Assembly: GCA_048013815.1 (NCBI GenBank)
Contig: CM106586.1
Location: 24,469,334 to 24,533,333, forward strand
DNA: 64,000 nt
From: Setoptus koraiensis
Taxonomy: Eukaryota; Animalia; Arthropoda
Direction: 5' to 3'
In this document: positions 31,574 through 46,048 of the stretch, one piece after another
Position numbering within the stretch: the stretch's first letter is position 1
Layout: each line of letters opens with the position of its first letter
Made by a program: the position numbers and the translations under genes
The notes under the pieces: generated by a model
What the model saw: only the letters and a program-made list of their open reading frames with translations
Database searches by the model: none
What the model was told of the DNA's origin: nothing

Positions 31574-34004
31574 TTGGCTAAATGTGACGGCATTATCTGC
31601 ACTGACAATCTGACTAGCTGGTGGCATCATTTAATTAATTAATAAATAATGTATGAGACTGACACAAAACTGATTGCGAGCCTCGTGATTCGCTCACTGG
31701 CCAACCGAATGTTGTGCGTGTGTGTGTGTGTCGTGACCACCAACTGGGATTGTTATTTATTAATTATTGTGAAACACTTGTTATAATTGTTCTCGTCTCA
31801 ATCATCCAATGTATTAGTGATACATACTGTATTTACATACTGTATGTATTAGTCAGTCATTACATATATATTCAAATTCAAACTATTCCACTCAATAGTC
31901 TGATACTCATCTCAATTGTTACGCAATTGATATTTATGTAAGTTGTGTCGTAAGCAAGTGTGCGCGATATGATCGATGCTGTGTAACTACTTTTGTTAGT
32001 TGTCACATTTTGTATTTCTGGTTGAACTATGCCGCTGTTGTTGTTGTTGTTGCTGTGGTTGTTGCTGTGGTTGTTGCAACTGTCACTCACTCTGGTGGCA
32101 ACAACAACAGTCAGGCGCAAAAGGGCCCCATAAAAGGATGTGATCGAATTGTGCAATTGGCTAAACACGTTACGTTACAATATAAGGTTGCGCTGATATA
32201 ACGTTACATTACAATATAACGTTACGTCAATATAACGTTGTGTAGTTATGTAACAAACATTGGCGGCAAAAATTATGCCAATTAAGCTCATTACATAGTT
32301 GACTTGTCGTATGACGATGACGAGCACACAGTCTACACAATCACACATAAGCAGTCACAAATACAGTGCTCGCAATGTATGCGCCGCGTGAGATATTATT
32401 TGAGCATCGAAGGGCGCACTGGAGTAGAAAATAAGAATAATTAACGTTACTTGGTTTTGATTATTTTCCCCTCATTATTGATACATGTTTTGATCCTTCT
32501 CCAACACACTAACTCACTGACACACCAAAACAGCCAACTGACACACACACCAAACACGCAATTTTGAACGGCAAGTGTGCGCTAATCTATCCACAAATCT
32601 GCATCTTGTGCTTATCTTGGTGTTTTGGATAGATGATCGCGTTTGAATTGTGAATTTTCTGGCGAGATAAGATGCTGCTATGTTGTAACACATTAATGTT
32701 GTTTGTTGTTGGGCACTGTTTTAATTTGACGCTACTCATTTGGCTGCTGTCACTGTCAGTGTTGCGCCGCGATCGACATGGATATTATTTGATTTCAGTT
32801 GTGTCGAGTCGAGTTGAGTCAAGTCAAGCCAAATCGAGTTGAGAGTTGTTTCGAACGTTCGTTAACACTCATTGGCTCACTGGCTCACTGGCTGACTGGC
32901 TAAGAAAGTTGTGACAAAAACGCCAACGCCGAGCAAATGAAAAGAATTCGGTTGTCGTCGTGAATTTCTTTGCACTTTCGTTCTTCTCACATGTTTGCAA
33001 GTTCCCAAGTTGGTGTCATATGCTCCCTTTATATATATTGTTTTTATTCGTTGTTAGCGAGTTTTATGTTTTCTTTTTATGCGCCATTTGATAATTGATG
33101 ACTCTTCTATCTCTCGTTCTCAATATATGCAAATTACATTGGTACTGTTAGCTACTGTAATGGTGGTCGTATCGCTACTCCATTCGTTTGGCTGCTGCCA
33201 CTGTCAGCGAGTATTTATGTGTGAATACTAGACAAGCATAAATGTACAACAACAATACATTTATATTATATTATATTATATAATATTATAATTTATTTAT
33301 TATTTATTCTTCATTAAGCATAAAAGAAGCAACAAGCACTCGCCGAAAGTGATGACGTAATCACGACTTATTTTGCTTGCTCATTGGGCAGCAATTCAAA
33401 TTGTGTCACTTCTTAGAATCACATAATTTGAAGGCCGACGATTTACGGAATACGATTTAGATTTGTGTGTCCTAATTCGACATTTAAATCAGCAACGGGA
33501 CAAACAAACACAGTTGGCCAGCAGAATAAAATCGCTTTAATTGTTTGTTTTGTTTCTATTTTTGTCACAATGCTCTCAATGCTCGTTATGCTTGCGTTGA
33601 GCGATACATTGTAGCCAGCGACGCTTGTTATGCAATTATTAGGGCTTCTTGGCGAGACACTGATGAGACATACTTTTGCTAGTGTCTCAATTGCACCCAC
33701 GCGTCGTTGTAGTCGTTGCTGCTGCTAAGTTATATATGACACAATAATATAATATATAACTCACAATATGACTGAAATCTTTGCCATTTGACTCATTGGG
33801 CTCATCTGACAATTTGTCCCAAAGGGGCGACGACATGCGAATGTGAATAATTAACTAACAGCGAATAAATGTCACACAAACACTGTTTGTATTGTTTTTG
33901 TTGCACATGACACAACATCAATACGCACAAATTGAATTGTTGTTGTTGCTGTTGATTAAAACAAGCGCCAACGGCAACTAACCCTACCTACCCAAGCCTA
34001 CCTA

Positions 34005-34068
34005 TGCTCACCTGGCTCACCTGGCTTACCTGGCTTACCTGGCTGCTTACCTGGCTGCTTACCTGGCT
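34005..34068. repeat. 9-12-bp tandem repeat (cctggctta / cctggctgctta)
   Basis: Six consecutive cctggct units. Confidence 0.9.
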
Positions 34069-37000
34069 AGCCGGGCAGCTCACTCAATACTATTGAGTCG
34101 ATAGACAGCATCCTGGTGAGCTGCGCAGAGTTGGCTTACTCACTGATCATGTAAATGTATCATTGTGTCAAACGGCTTAACACCTTGCCACTGCGCAACA
34201 AACTCAATTTCGCCAATTTTAACCTGAAACCAACATGCTGTCTAGCCAATAAATGATGAGATGTTTGCTTATATTTGTGTGTGTGTGTCTGTTGACACAT
34301 TTAATCATGACGCAACAGCAGCTGATATTAATTAAGCTGGTGTATGCGTGAATATCCCTGCGAATATGCCTGCGAATTACCATGAAATACCATTGATTAC
34401 AATTGATAGCAATGGTAGTGGCCGAGTTAATTGTTGTAAGCAATGTGACCAGACAAAAGTAACCATTTTGGGTTCAGCATCTCAACTCACATGAGCGCCC
34501 CTCGCAATTGAGGTGCCCCTTTCATGCATTCGAATCTGGCTTTCTCGTTCTTGCCAAACGCATACACTGCTGATAACAAACTATCTCACATGTTAATTAA
34601 ATTTGGCCTCTGTACGTGTAACTCTGTCTGTCCGTCTGTTTGTCTGTGGATAAAAGTTGACTGGTCAGATGAGTGGAACAAAAAGGGCATTAATAGACAC
34701 ATCAGACACAAAGAGCTTGTAGCGTGCGAAGTTCAGATAGTTGATTCAGCCGATAACTGTTTAGTCTGGCTGTGAGAGAATAAATATATACTTGGCTACA
34801 TGTAGCTTGCAATAAAAGCCATCCAACTATCCATATTACCCAGCAACTATCATTATTATCACTGTATATAGGGTAGCGTCTGCCAATTTGGGGCCCCCTG
34901 ACCTGTCCACCGGAATGCACAACACTGACAATGCAATGTAACATAATTCATGATTATGGTTCGTTATGACCACGTTAATTATCTAATGACAACAAGTACT
35001 ATAAACCCACTATCACACACACACGAGGAATAGGCTGAAGGCTCAGCGTGCTGCCCATTCGGTAGGCTGGCCTCACTTTAGAAAAGACTGCACTTCCGGA
35101 CTTTACACAGCCCTTATGAGTCGGCTTGTCGGGCTGCACTGGCCCCACAATTCACTTGACTGTTCTACTGTCGACGGAACAGACTGGTCTAGGCTGCGAT
35201 CGAATCATTTCAAACATCCAATATCGAGTTGATCTGTTTCTTGTAAAAGTTTTCCGTAATTTCCAAATATTTCGTCAGCTGCTGTAACCAGAGATGAATT
35301 TTGAGTTGATCGCTAGCCGTGCCATCTGAACACGGCCAGAAATCTGAGATGCATACCTCTTCATATCTGAAACTATCTGACATCTCTCAAACTATTTCAC
35401 AAGACGTCGGCAAGAAGCGATTGCAAATAAAACGACGGCTAGAATGACATGATAGGCACTCATAGAGACGGGCACTCCAGTTTGCGGCAGAGGAGAAATG
35501 GCCCCTAGCCTGGCCTCTCATCACACACTCGGGCAAGGGACCCCATCAACTGATTTTCATGGCTACCGACCGTATAAATACGACCATGATACAATACCCG
35601 TGTAGTGTGGTAGCGATAGAGAAAAGTGATATAATGAAAAAAACAACAAATAATTGGGCAAAAGGTTCAGTTGAGCTAGATATGTTTATATGAGATAAAG
35701 TGAGTTTGAGTCACGCTTTGCTAGATCACACAAACTGCTGCATTGTCGGTCACGATTGGGCCAGACAAAATCGGGTCACCTGTGTGTATTCCGAAAATTC
35801 TCTAGTGAGTCATAATTGTTGCGACTATTTCACTCGATGATCGCCGATTCTCATCACTGCATAGAGGCACTTGCTAATGGGCAATCCAGAAGAGTAAGGA
35901 TTAAGCTCAAGTTATCAAAAAAATGATGCATCGTCGGATTGGTGGATAATTTTGGGTATTGACCTAGAACTACTATATTTCCGTCGTAACGTTTTGTTAG
36001 ATTTTAACGAACGAGCTGATCTACCCGAACTCTACTCTGCCTAGAATAGACCCACAGTAATCTTTTGGGGCCAGTATATGGGCTTGTTGTTATTATAGCT
36101 GTTTGTTGATAAACTGCAAATTAAAGTAATTTGATGCGAAACTTGGTGGTGTCAACGACGAGCTTGTTATTTTATTTTAGTACTGCAAATGCAAGTGTTT
36201 TAAACGTGCAAAAATATTCAGTTTAATTCGAAAGAGAAGCAGAAAGGATATTGAAAATATTCTTATTGGCAACATCTGGTGTGACGATGCAGGTTTAGAG
36301 CAGCTTCTCAGGATATCATTGCCACCAACCATTCAATGGATGTCACTAAGCTCGATGCCGTTAATTAATCATATTAATTTAATATTAATATTAATATTAA
36401 TTGGTTGCCAATATTGACAGCGCATTGATTGAGTAGCGTTTGAATGAACGATATATCAAAAATGGAGCGTATGCTAAACAAGGATTTTTCGGTAGTTGGT
36501 AGTGTAAATACAAGTTAGCTTTCATGGTAGCATTGAAGTAGCATGAAAAGATGAGAGAAAATAGCTGATGAATGATCATTTGTGTGCATACCTGTGTTAC
36601 CCGTGTAATATTTGAGCTGACCATTGGTCAGCATTGCACCATAATAGTGGGTTTATTTTTATTTTTGTATGCACGGATGGACCAGGAGTGATGATATTGG
36701 TGTACAGCTTAGTTTAATCCAGATATAACTATGTTTGAATTATCTGCTAAGCTTGTTTATCTATTAGGTTGCGTATTGGCCTGTTGGCCTGTTGGCCTAT
36801 TGGTCAGTTAGTGAGTTGTGTGTTGTTGCCATAGAAATAGCTGGTATTATACTGTATTATAGCTGGCTTCAAATCCGTTCTATTCAATGGTATTCAATGC
36901 TATATATATATATATATAAATATGATAAAAACAATTAAACTTTTCTCCATGTGTTTATGATGACTACACTATACCTGGCTATAATATGGCTTATAATAGC

Positions 37001-40000
37001 AAATACATATAATCAGCACTAATTTTCTTTCATCTTGGCCAACATTATTAACATTAAGCTAATGCAAGTAATGAAAGTCACACTAAAACTGTTTACTTTT
37101 ATCTAACAGTCAGTTATCTAACCGTTAGTTATGCAACCGTTAGCTACGTGAGCGTTAGTTATCTGACCGTTAGTTAGTTATCTAACAGTGCATCTTAGTG
37201 AATAGGCTGGCTAGACATAAACAGAGCCGGCCAAGCTGGCCTACAAACAATGATAATCATAATGATATGATGCAAATAAGTCGCTCTCTCGGTAGTTTGA
37301 CGACAAGTGAAGCCAGAGCATTTACAATGGGCCCACATGAGAGTGTAACTATCACACTTATACCAATAACAACATTGTATGCAGCTAGCTATTATCATTA
37401 TCATTATGCTTATTATTATTATCATTTCATCAGCATGTGGGCCTCGCAGCATCGTATGATATGCATAACGGTCACTATGATACACACACACTGGCACGGG
37501 CACGCACATACAAAATAATAAAGCCGCATATATATATATATGTAATATATATATGCTGTACAAATGTACACTATTCTTACATTATATTCCTTTATATCCC
37601 CGCATATATCCAAATATCCCGACATATCCCGACATATCCGCATATATTCGAATATGTCGTGCATTGCCGCTATCAATAATTGTTCTCTCACAAGCTAGTT
37701 ACACAACTATTATACAGCAACGATACGTTACGTATCTATCTGGCGCAGGTATTATTGTGGCCGGTGTTTTTGGGTGTCGTGCACTTCAACTGTTCAACTG
37801 ACAACTGTAAGGGTTACCAAGTCACCCATTCAGACCATGCACCAAATGAGCCTTCATCGTTCGTGGCTTTTGTTTGGTCTCTCTGTATCTCTGTAACTTT
37901 CTTTTCTCATTTTTGTTTGTTGGTAGTCACTTTATTACACTGCTCACTATTCTGTCATTCATTTACCGCGCACAGTTACGTAATACACACACAATTATTA
38001 TAAAATTATCATTATTATTATCTTGCGGCATAGTTGGCAGCCAAATGAAACAGTCTGTCGTATTAATTAATTTGTCTATCTTGTCTTTCATTAGTCTAAT
38101 CAGTAGCTTTCATCACCAATAGCTGCTAACAGATATCTCTTATTTGTTTTGCTACTCGTTGGTGCAGCTGCATGCAGTTTCGTGCCACTTTCAATCATTT
38201 CAGCCGAGCTTATTTGCATAACTTAATTATATTATAATTATCGCTCGGTTATTATGCTCCACTCAAGCTTCGAAAATATGCTGCCATCAATGTGATTGAT
38301 GTGCGTATTAAACTAGCCACAAACCAAGAATATCGCCAAAACATTGCTCCGTTGAGGCACATCGACATATAGGCGCAAATCTTGTTCGTGTTTAGAAACC
38401 AATCAACAATAAAACAACTACAAATATTAGATGCTCAACTGCGGCTCAAACTCTGTTGTTGTTTGAATCATATAAAGCATCATATAAATAATAATCATAT
38501 AAATGATAGCTGGCATGGTCGATGGAGTGCATCTCAAGTCATTAGTGGCAATAACAGAATCGGTTCCGAACTGTAATTTTTTCGCCAGACCAACAACTCT
38601 AAATGTTTGTTTGCACCCAGCGAGCACACAAAATCCCGACCTTTTACTAGTGGGCTATGTTCTCATGGGTATCCTTCCAAACGACTCACATGGTTTGGTC
38701 TACATGTCCATTAAAAACGCCAGCTCATCCATTTGTGGATTTCGTTTTAACAACAAACCAAAGAACTATAACACACCTCGACCGGCGAAAATACCGAAAA
38801 TCAGACGTTTGGACCTCATGAACAACCGACTGTGAGTAGTTTCTACCAATGATTTTGTGGTGCCCGGTCATTAGCTAAGTAGCTATGTTATGATTGTTGG
38901 TTTGTATTTTGTTGTGTCGTGTTATCGTGTCGTGTCGAATAATAATTGAATCAGTAGCGTTCCCAGCGGTTAAGGTATTTCGGTTATAATTGTGCACGTA
39001 AACAAAACAAAAATCCCAAATCCGACCAAATCCAACCAAATCCATGGACAAATCAAACCTTCGACACTCCCTTTCAACTGTCAAATAATCATGTGATACC
39101 CGAGCGATTGCGCATCACATGGCGAAACTGTCTTGGCCTGAAAAATATTGTATTGTATCAAATTTCTCGCATTTTTGGTTACTTTTGCTAGTACAACTAA
39201 CTTGATAGTTGTAAGTGAGCTTTTTTTACTAATATCACTATACCGGTAATGCGATATTGTTGATGTGGCTGATGGATCAATGTAGTGCTGCAATCTGAAT
39301 GAGTTTTCTTACTAGATCTCGTGTTTATATTGTGTAACATGATAGCATGGTAAATAATAGCATCAGTTGGTGTCTAATATCAATACAAACAATATAAACA
39401 ATCAGCGATTCTTAACAATCGCAAGGCCTCAAAATATTATTATTGTTACTTTTATTATCATTGTGGTTGTTAGATACAATTCAGATTGAGAATGGAAGAT
39501 ATTTTGGCCTCTTTTCGGCGTCACGGAAGTAGCGTATAGGTATAATTGTTGTCAAAATGGAAGGGGCCCGAAATAAGAGGGGATCGAGTGAGCAAGTGAG
39601 CAAAGAACTGATAATGCTCAGATAATCTCTTGTTCAGTATAATGGCTTTGTAGTAGAGGGAGCTTGAGTAGTGAGTGGAAAGAGGGAAGAGGGAATCCTC
39701 TGCAGAGTAGATCTTATCGGCATCTTCAACTCTTAGATCTTGTAGTGGGCAACTTGTACCGATAACTGGCAGTGTATAAGGCGACAACAAGTATGGATAT
39801 ATTATCACAATTGAGATAATTATAATGATTCGCGTGTGATTTATTGTTTGTTTTGGTCTGCTCGTTCGACACACAAAGAGACAGCGGAGGAACAACTCAA
39901 TCACGTTTGGTAGTAGGTGGTTGTGGTCGGCAGTAGCGAATGTTGTGTACATGATGACTCAGTCGACGTTCCGTAAGCATGAGCAGATAGTGCTGGAATG

Positions 40001-40023
40001 CGTCATCCACTGGTGATCTAGTG

Positions 40024-40078
40024 GAGTCTGGCCGAATCTGGCCGAATCTGGCCGAATCTGGCCGAATCTGGCCGAATC
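40024..40078. repeat. 10-bp tandem repeat (gaatctggcc), about 5 copies
   Basis: Direct read. Confidence 0.92.
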
Positions 40079-40644
40079 GGATGAGAGGCATGGGAAAAGT
40101 GGAGCGATAAAAGATTGAAGATCATCCATGTTGATGCTACTTATTTATTATTCATGGAATAATAGCCCACAAGGCATGAGCCATGCAAATACAGATAATG
40201 TTGGCATAGATTGCATTGATATTGTGTCGGCCAGCTCATTGCAACAATTCTTCTCAATTTGATTCATTTTCGTCTCGTCGTGCCCGTGTAATCTCGTCAG
40301 GCTAGCAGAGAGAGTTGAATTATGAACAAGAATCTTCTTTTGTTCAAGCTTTGTGACATTGATACATTGCACTGTACTGTGCTGGACCGGACCGGACCGG
40401 ACTGTACGATGTCAAATATTAACAATAAATAAATAATGAAGTTGTGGGCATATTATATGGTAGCAACAACACAATGGTTAGAAACTGCGTATAAACCAGC
40501 ACACTCGATCAAACAGAATCTAATCGATCTACTCCTTGCAAGTTGCAACAATAAACACAATCAATACCGATAATATCGGTTTGGTTAGCTTACTTCCGAC
40601 GAGATTACGTGCACTGGCTGAGCATTGTGATGAGATGAGATCGG

Positions 40645-40650
<6 letters not shown>

Positions 40651-40686
<36 letters not shown>
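40651..40686. repeat. (AG)n microsatellite
   Basis: Direct read. Confidence 0.95.
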
Positions 40687-40687
<1 letters not shown>

Positions 40688-43600
40688 AAAATAAGATAAA
40701 CTGCAAGCACATCGCAATACAGCCCGTATGACACCGTATGAAAACAGATAAAGTAATAGCTCATTCACTCAACTTCAATTATGCTGATCGCTCACTCGCT
40801 TGACTATTTGTTTTAGCAAGAGAAAAGGCTCGCCTCACCTGTTCGTTCTTTTGTGCTGTACTGTTTGTGTGCTGTGAGAGTTACTGTGTATAGTGGAAGC
40901 GTGCGCGAGAGACAGTTTTCTTTGCCTCAACTATGCAGTCAACTAAGTTTGGGTGTAAATTATATTAGATTTATACTGCGAGTTATTAAGCGAGCATTGA
41001 GATATATCCAATATGTATATACAGTATAGAATTTGAATGGACAGACAAAGGGAGAGAGATGAACAATAATGAATAGATTATATAATGGCCGTGTGTCGAT
41101 AGAAAAAGAAAGGGCCGTGGAAGAAGGACAATTTATGAAACTGCAGATAGCCCCAGCGATTATAGTCGACCAGCGATGGCATAGATAAGCATTAAGTGAC
41201 ACAGTTTCTTTTCTCTCTCTCTCACACAGGCCAAAACAGGTTAATATTTATATAAACAAAGCATGGCGTCTCACACAAAAAAGATCATGGGTGGGCCTCA
41301 TATGATTGGGTGCCCCCCATTCAAATGTGTTTTATAACAAACGCGAGCAACAACAATAGTTACTATTGGCCTCTTGTATTTTTTTTGCGGCCTCGGGCAT
41401 TGTGTGCCCACCATGGCTCACGCTGGCTGGCACTGGCTGGACCAGAAAGTGGTTGTTTGCTGGCAACAGCAGCAAGATTTGAGCGACCGAGGGAGACAGA
41501 GTTCACGGTTAGTGAGCCAACGCTGTCTCGGTCGCATTTGAGAGATGCACGCCAATCTACATTATATTATATATGTATTGTCTATCACATAATGCACATT
41601 ATATAATAGATTATATAATAAATTGGCCGTGAAGATTGTTTCGAGAGGGGGGGGGGCAGAGGGGCGACAGGCGACAAACCAATCACGTCTGGCACTGTGC
41701 AGAGATTGGTTGGTTGAGAGAATGAGCGAGAGAGGGAGCAAAAAGAGAATTTCCTGCTGAGAAAACGTATCAACTAACGAGAGAGACAGAAGGTGAGTGA
41801 AGCACCATTGACACCTGTTTGTGTTGACGACACAAACTGTGGCTGCTATTATAGCTGCTGACCTATATACTGAGAGTGACAAGTACCCAGCACTTGTTTG
41901 TATGTTTGCTGGTGCGGTGGGCACCAACAAACAGGCTCATACAGGCAGCACCTAGAGCAATGGCATTGGGCTGGCTAAACTTGATATAAAACGCCCAAAC
42001 TTGATATAAAGAGGCAAGTAATAACAATAATAGTAGTGGGGCTGCCAGTGATAAAAGTGGGGCCAAACAACTAATGATTGAATAAATGGAATGTGTGCTA
42101 CACTGTGCACCAGAATGAGGCTGTGTAAAGTAACAACAACGACAGGAAGTTGATCGACTCAGCTGACTGCATTGGATGGATAAATCTAGTGTGAGCTTGT
42201 GGCTGCTTGTAGATTGAATGAGATGAGACACTATAGATGATGAGCCAACAGGAAGAGCCGATCATATCGATTAGGTCAAATGAGATTATTGAGCCGTTGT
42301 TGTGACTATTTATATGATGAATGAATTCTAGACACGCCACTGAGCAGCTTCTCATCATCATTTGATAAAGGTGTAACAACAACTTACTCTTTGCTGCTGC
42401 TGCTGCTGCAACAGCAACATTTAGTGGCACAACATTCTAGTCGCACATTGGCCACTATGATACAAGTGAGCGTGTTATAACAAGAAGCTGGCAAAATAGC
42501 GGCCAAAATAGACAGCAGTGGGGCCCCAAAGCAGCAACACAACAGAAGAGGCGCAGAGAAGAGAACGGGTCAAACTTGTGTCAACTGCGAACCGTTCTTT
42601 TTGCTCGCTGCCATGTTAGTAGTCACGCTACAGTCTAGTCTGACAGCACCTAGCCATTTCTTGTCTAGGCCCGAGCAAAATCGATAAAGTGAATACTGAA
42701 ATAAACATCATCTGCGACTCACAGGCTGCGACTCACAGGCTGTGGGGCCCCGAACACGCTGTTGGGATACGACACACACCGGCATGTATAAGGCGCCAAA
42801 ATTGTGAGAGACACACACATGACAGGTGATGATGAAGGCGAACAAGTGCAGCGTCTTTAATATATTTTAGTGGTGAGTGCCCACATAACGGGACAACAGA
42901 TTGGGCACAACTTTTCGCATGCACATATTGTGTTATTAGTAAATGGTAGCGTGCGATTATAGCGATTAAAGTACCGTTACTACAAGAGATAGTGATAGAG
43001 AGAGAGAGAGAGAGAGATTTTGATTGACGGGCCCGTTCAGCTGTCGGCTGAATTGTATGTATCGTTATGTTACGCAACTCATGACACGGCTTTCCAGAAA
43101 ATTGTTCATCGTTTCTGCCAGTTTTTGCCATTTTCTGCAACACAATTCCAAAAGAATAGGTGCAATAGTTGCTGTTAAAAATGAATGAAAACACACACCA
43201 GCCACTTTGTGTGGCATGTACCAAATAGGCGATATCCAATGATAATTGGTGATTAATGAAACAACAAATACGACCAGTCTAGTCTAGACCCCATAGATAT
43301 AGAGTCAAATTGAATTGGTTGTTTTTTAGGTTCCTGTTTTCCTCTTTCCTGTTTATTACTCATTATTGCTCGCAATATCGGCGCTGGTTTGGGGCCCTCA
43401 ACACACACAGACAGGCGGACACACGGACACACACGGAGAAAAGATTGGACTAGAATTGCATCACCATGGATTGTGTGCTGCTGTTCATCTAATACGTCCA
43501 TGATAATAATCCTATTTTCCATCAAACAATCATTTCTTTGCTCTCCACCTTCTGTCTCACTGTTTTTGGCTACGTTGTGGGTCTATCTCTCGCTGCTTGT

Positions 43601-44439
43601 GTCCTTTTGTTCATTCGTCAATGTTTGCTATCTATTGTTTCTCTGACGAGCTATCCCAAGCCTCTAGCTCACTGATAGTGATCATAGCATCCAAACATGT
43701 CCCTATGACCTATCTGTCTCACTCTCTGGCCCACAAGTCCATCCAAGACAATCCACCAATCAGATCAGCTTGATGTATAGGACAGGACGGCATGGGGATA
43801 AGATGGAATCGAACGGAATGGAATAGGATTGAATGGGACGGCACGGCCAATATCGGGCTGATATTGGCAACAGCCATTGCTCGCTCTATTGTCTTAATCG
43901 TTTTGTTGTTCATTCGATTACATTGGAGAAGTAGTAAGTCGCACACGATTACATAAGAGCCAAGTTCAGATTGGCTCAAGTCGGCTCACCAGCTAAGCTT
44001 CGTGCCTCGGAATGAGCGAACAACTCGAAAAAGTAAGCAAAAACTATAGCTATCTGGTTGGCACAAAAGGTTGCTTGTTTCACTTTGTGGCACTCACAAG
44101 TCTCGTCCTGTCAGCCTGTCAAATTTGCGATCACTTCACATAGCGACCAATATATGGCAAACACGGCACATATTGCGCAAATTATAAAGGAATGAGCTCG
44201 ATCGCTTGCCGCGTGTTTCTCACTAGAAAGTTAGAGAGTTCAATGGCTAGATGACTACAACTAGTGCTCAATTTATTTATTTATAACCTCGTGTCGCCAA
44301 AATATCCAGCGCGCACACACACATAATCACATATAGCGGAGACTTAACTTAAACAACTGGCCTGTTGTGACCAAACAATATAAATATCTCTATAAAATGC
44401 GATTTATATCGTGGGTCACTCTATGTTTAGCGAGCACCA

Positions 44440-44600
44440 TTTGTTGTACTCTATCATTTGAGGCCAACAAGAATGAGAGAGGTCAAGTCGATGGAAGCTC
44501 AATGAACAAATTCAATCGATATGAGCTGTTATGCCACCACCACTATATACATCAAGAACATATAATCGAAGGAATAGTCCAAATGGCTTCTCTTTCATCG
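44440..44600 (-). pseudogene. Decayed AlkB-family (ALKBH5/8-like) 2OG-Fe dioxygenase fragment
   Basis: Reads VLDVYSGGGITAHID*ICSLSF, resembling the YxPGxGIxxHxD...IxSxS iron-ligand motif, with a deletion and a stop. Confidence 0.35.
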
Positions 44601-45206
44601 TCTCACTCGATCTATGAGGCATAAAATTCACTCTTGTTGCATGCTTTTGTGTTATTGTCATCATGTTTATGTCAATTAATAATTGCTTGCTAGAAATGAT
44701 GAGATTCTCAAGCAAATTGCTTGCGCTTCCCAACAATGACTGTTGTGACGAACCACGGTTTCATTATAATTTTAGTGCTATGTGGAATAATATTAAACAT
44801 ACATTAGAGAAAGCAAACACTTACTTGTATCCCCAGCTCCTCATTTCATCTGACAGTTGATTCTTTCTACAAGACGAGCTCCACCAATGATCCGATTGTA
44901 TTGAGGGCCAAACTAATCAATCAATTGACAGTACATTGCACTCGCTAGTGTTGTTAGTCAATCGAACGATGATACGACGAACATGTGATGTGATTTTATT
45001 CGACCTAAAATGATTAATTGCCGGGCAACAAACTTTGCTTTACACAACATGAAATATATTGTTTTTTCTTCACAAAATTAACAACGGAAAAACCATTCCA
45101 AAGCTAATGGAATGAGGCCAGTTTTTTGTCCATCTCGAGTCTTTACGAAAGTCTCTCAGAGAATGTCGGCACATAACTAAACTTCTCTCGACCGTTGTTC
45201 GATTAA

Positions 45207-45597
45207 TATCTGCCCATTCCTTGGATGAAAGAGTATATTGGCAGTTACTAGCTGAAGCCGCACTAATGGCTGGTAACATAAAAGTTGTAGAAACAGCATA
45301 TCAGAAAACTAAAAATCTGGGCTCCCTTGCCATGTTGTACATTGTCACGGGGAACAAAGAAAAACTAGAAGAAGTGGCCAACATGGCCCAAGAATGTCGT
45401 GACACCTCAGTTGAGTATCAAATAGCACTAATTTTACAAGACTATCAACGTTGCGCGTGCATCTTTCGTGATTGCAGCCAACTCGCTCGAGCTTACTGCA
45501 GTTCTGTCAGACATTGCTTGACAGATCTGGTCGAGCAATGATGAGACGATGGTGACTTCGATGATGCTTCAGGATTAATGCCGAGAAAAAAACTAAG
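45207..45597 (+). pseudogene. COPA: COPA duplicate fragments (middle region)
   Basis: 45207-45538 aligns to 49773-50104 with about 18 differences by eye (~95%). After a ~245-bp deletion, 45543-45597 aligns to ~50348-50400. Confidence 0.92.
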
Positions 45598-46044
45598 TCT
45601 CAAACCAAAGAGGAACAATGCCAGATTCCAAATTAAGTCACAGGCCAGATTGGCTGGCGTCGAGAGAATATACGATATCGTCGCAACGAATTGTTTCTTG
45701 CATGTGCTCGAATTCGTTAATTTTTTGATGTCACCACAGGGCCGAGTTTTGAGTGCCCATGTAGTTGGCAAGGTGGTCATCAGGTCCTACTTATCTGGCA
45801 GGCCAGAATGCAAATTCGGCATCAATGACAAACCACTATGCAAATCAAAGAGAAACAGACTGTAACATTAGACGATCGCCAACTAAGTTCCAATACAACA
45901 AAATCAAGTATAGCTTATGATGACTGTCAATTCGATCAGTGTTTCAAACTAATGAATTTTGAATCGGAGCACGCAATCGGTTTCATACCCAGTGATGGAG
46001 AATTTGAATTGATGCTTTATCGTACGAAAGATATATCACATTCA
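45598..46044 (+). pseudogene. AP2M1: AP-2 complex subunit mu pseudogene fragment
   Basis: [33 protein letters not shown] / [36 protein letters not shown] / [42 protein letters not shown]. These match AP2 mu motifs, with a stop and frameshifts. Confidence 0.92.
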
Positions 46045-46048
46045 TCAC

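Noticed and set aside
38614-38870. Possible MITE beginning cccagcgagcacac
   Set aside because: Only a 9-bp inverted match (cacaaaatc/gattttgtg) and no TSD.
39521-39952. 143-aa minus-strand ORF with a protein-like C-terminal half
   Set aside because: No recognisable motif, no convincing splice partners; the N-terminal half is simple sequence. Left unassigned.
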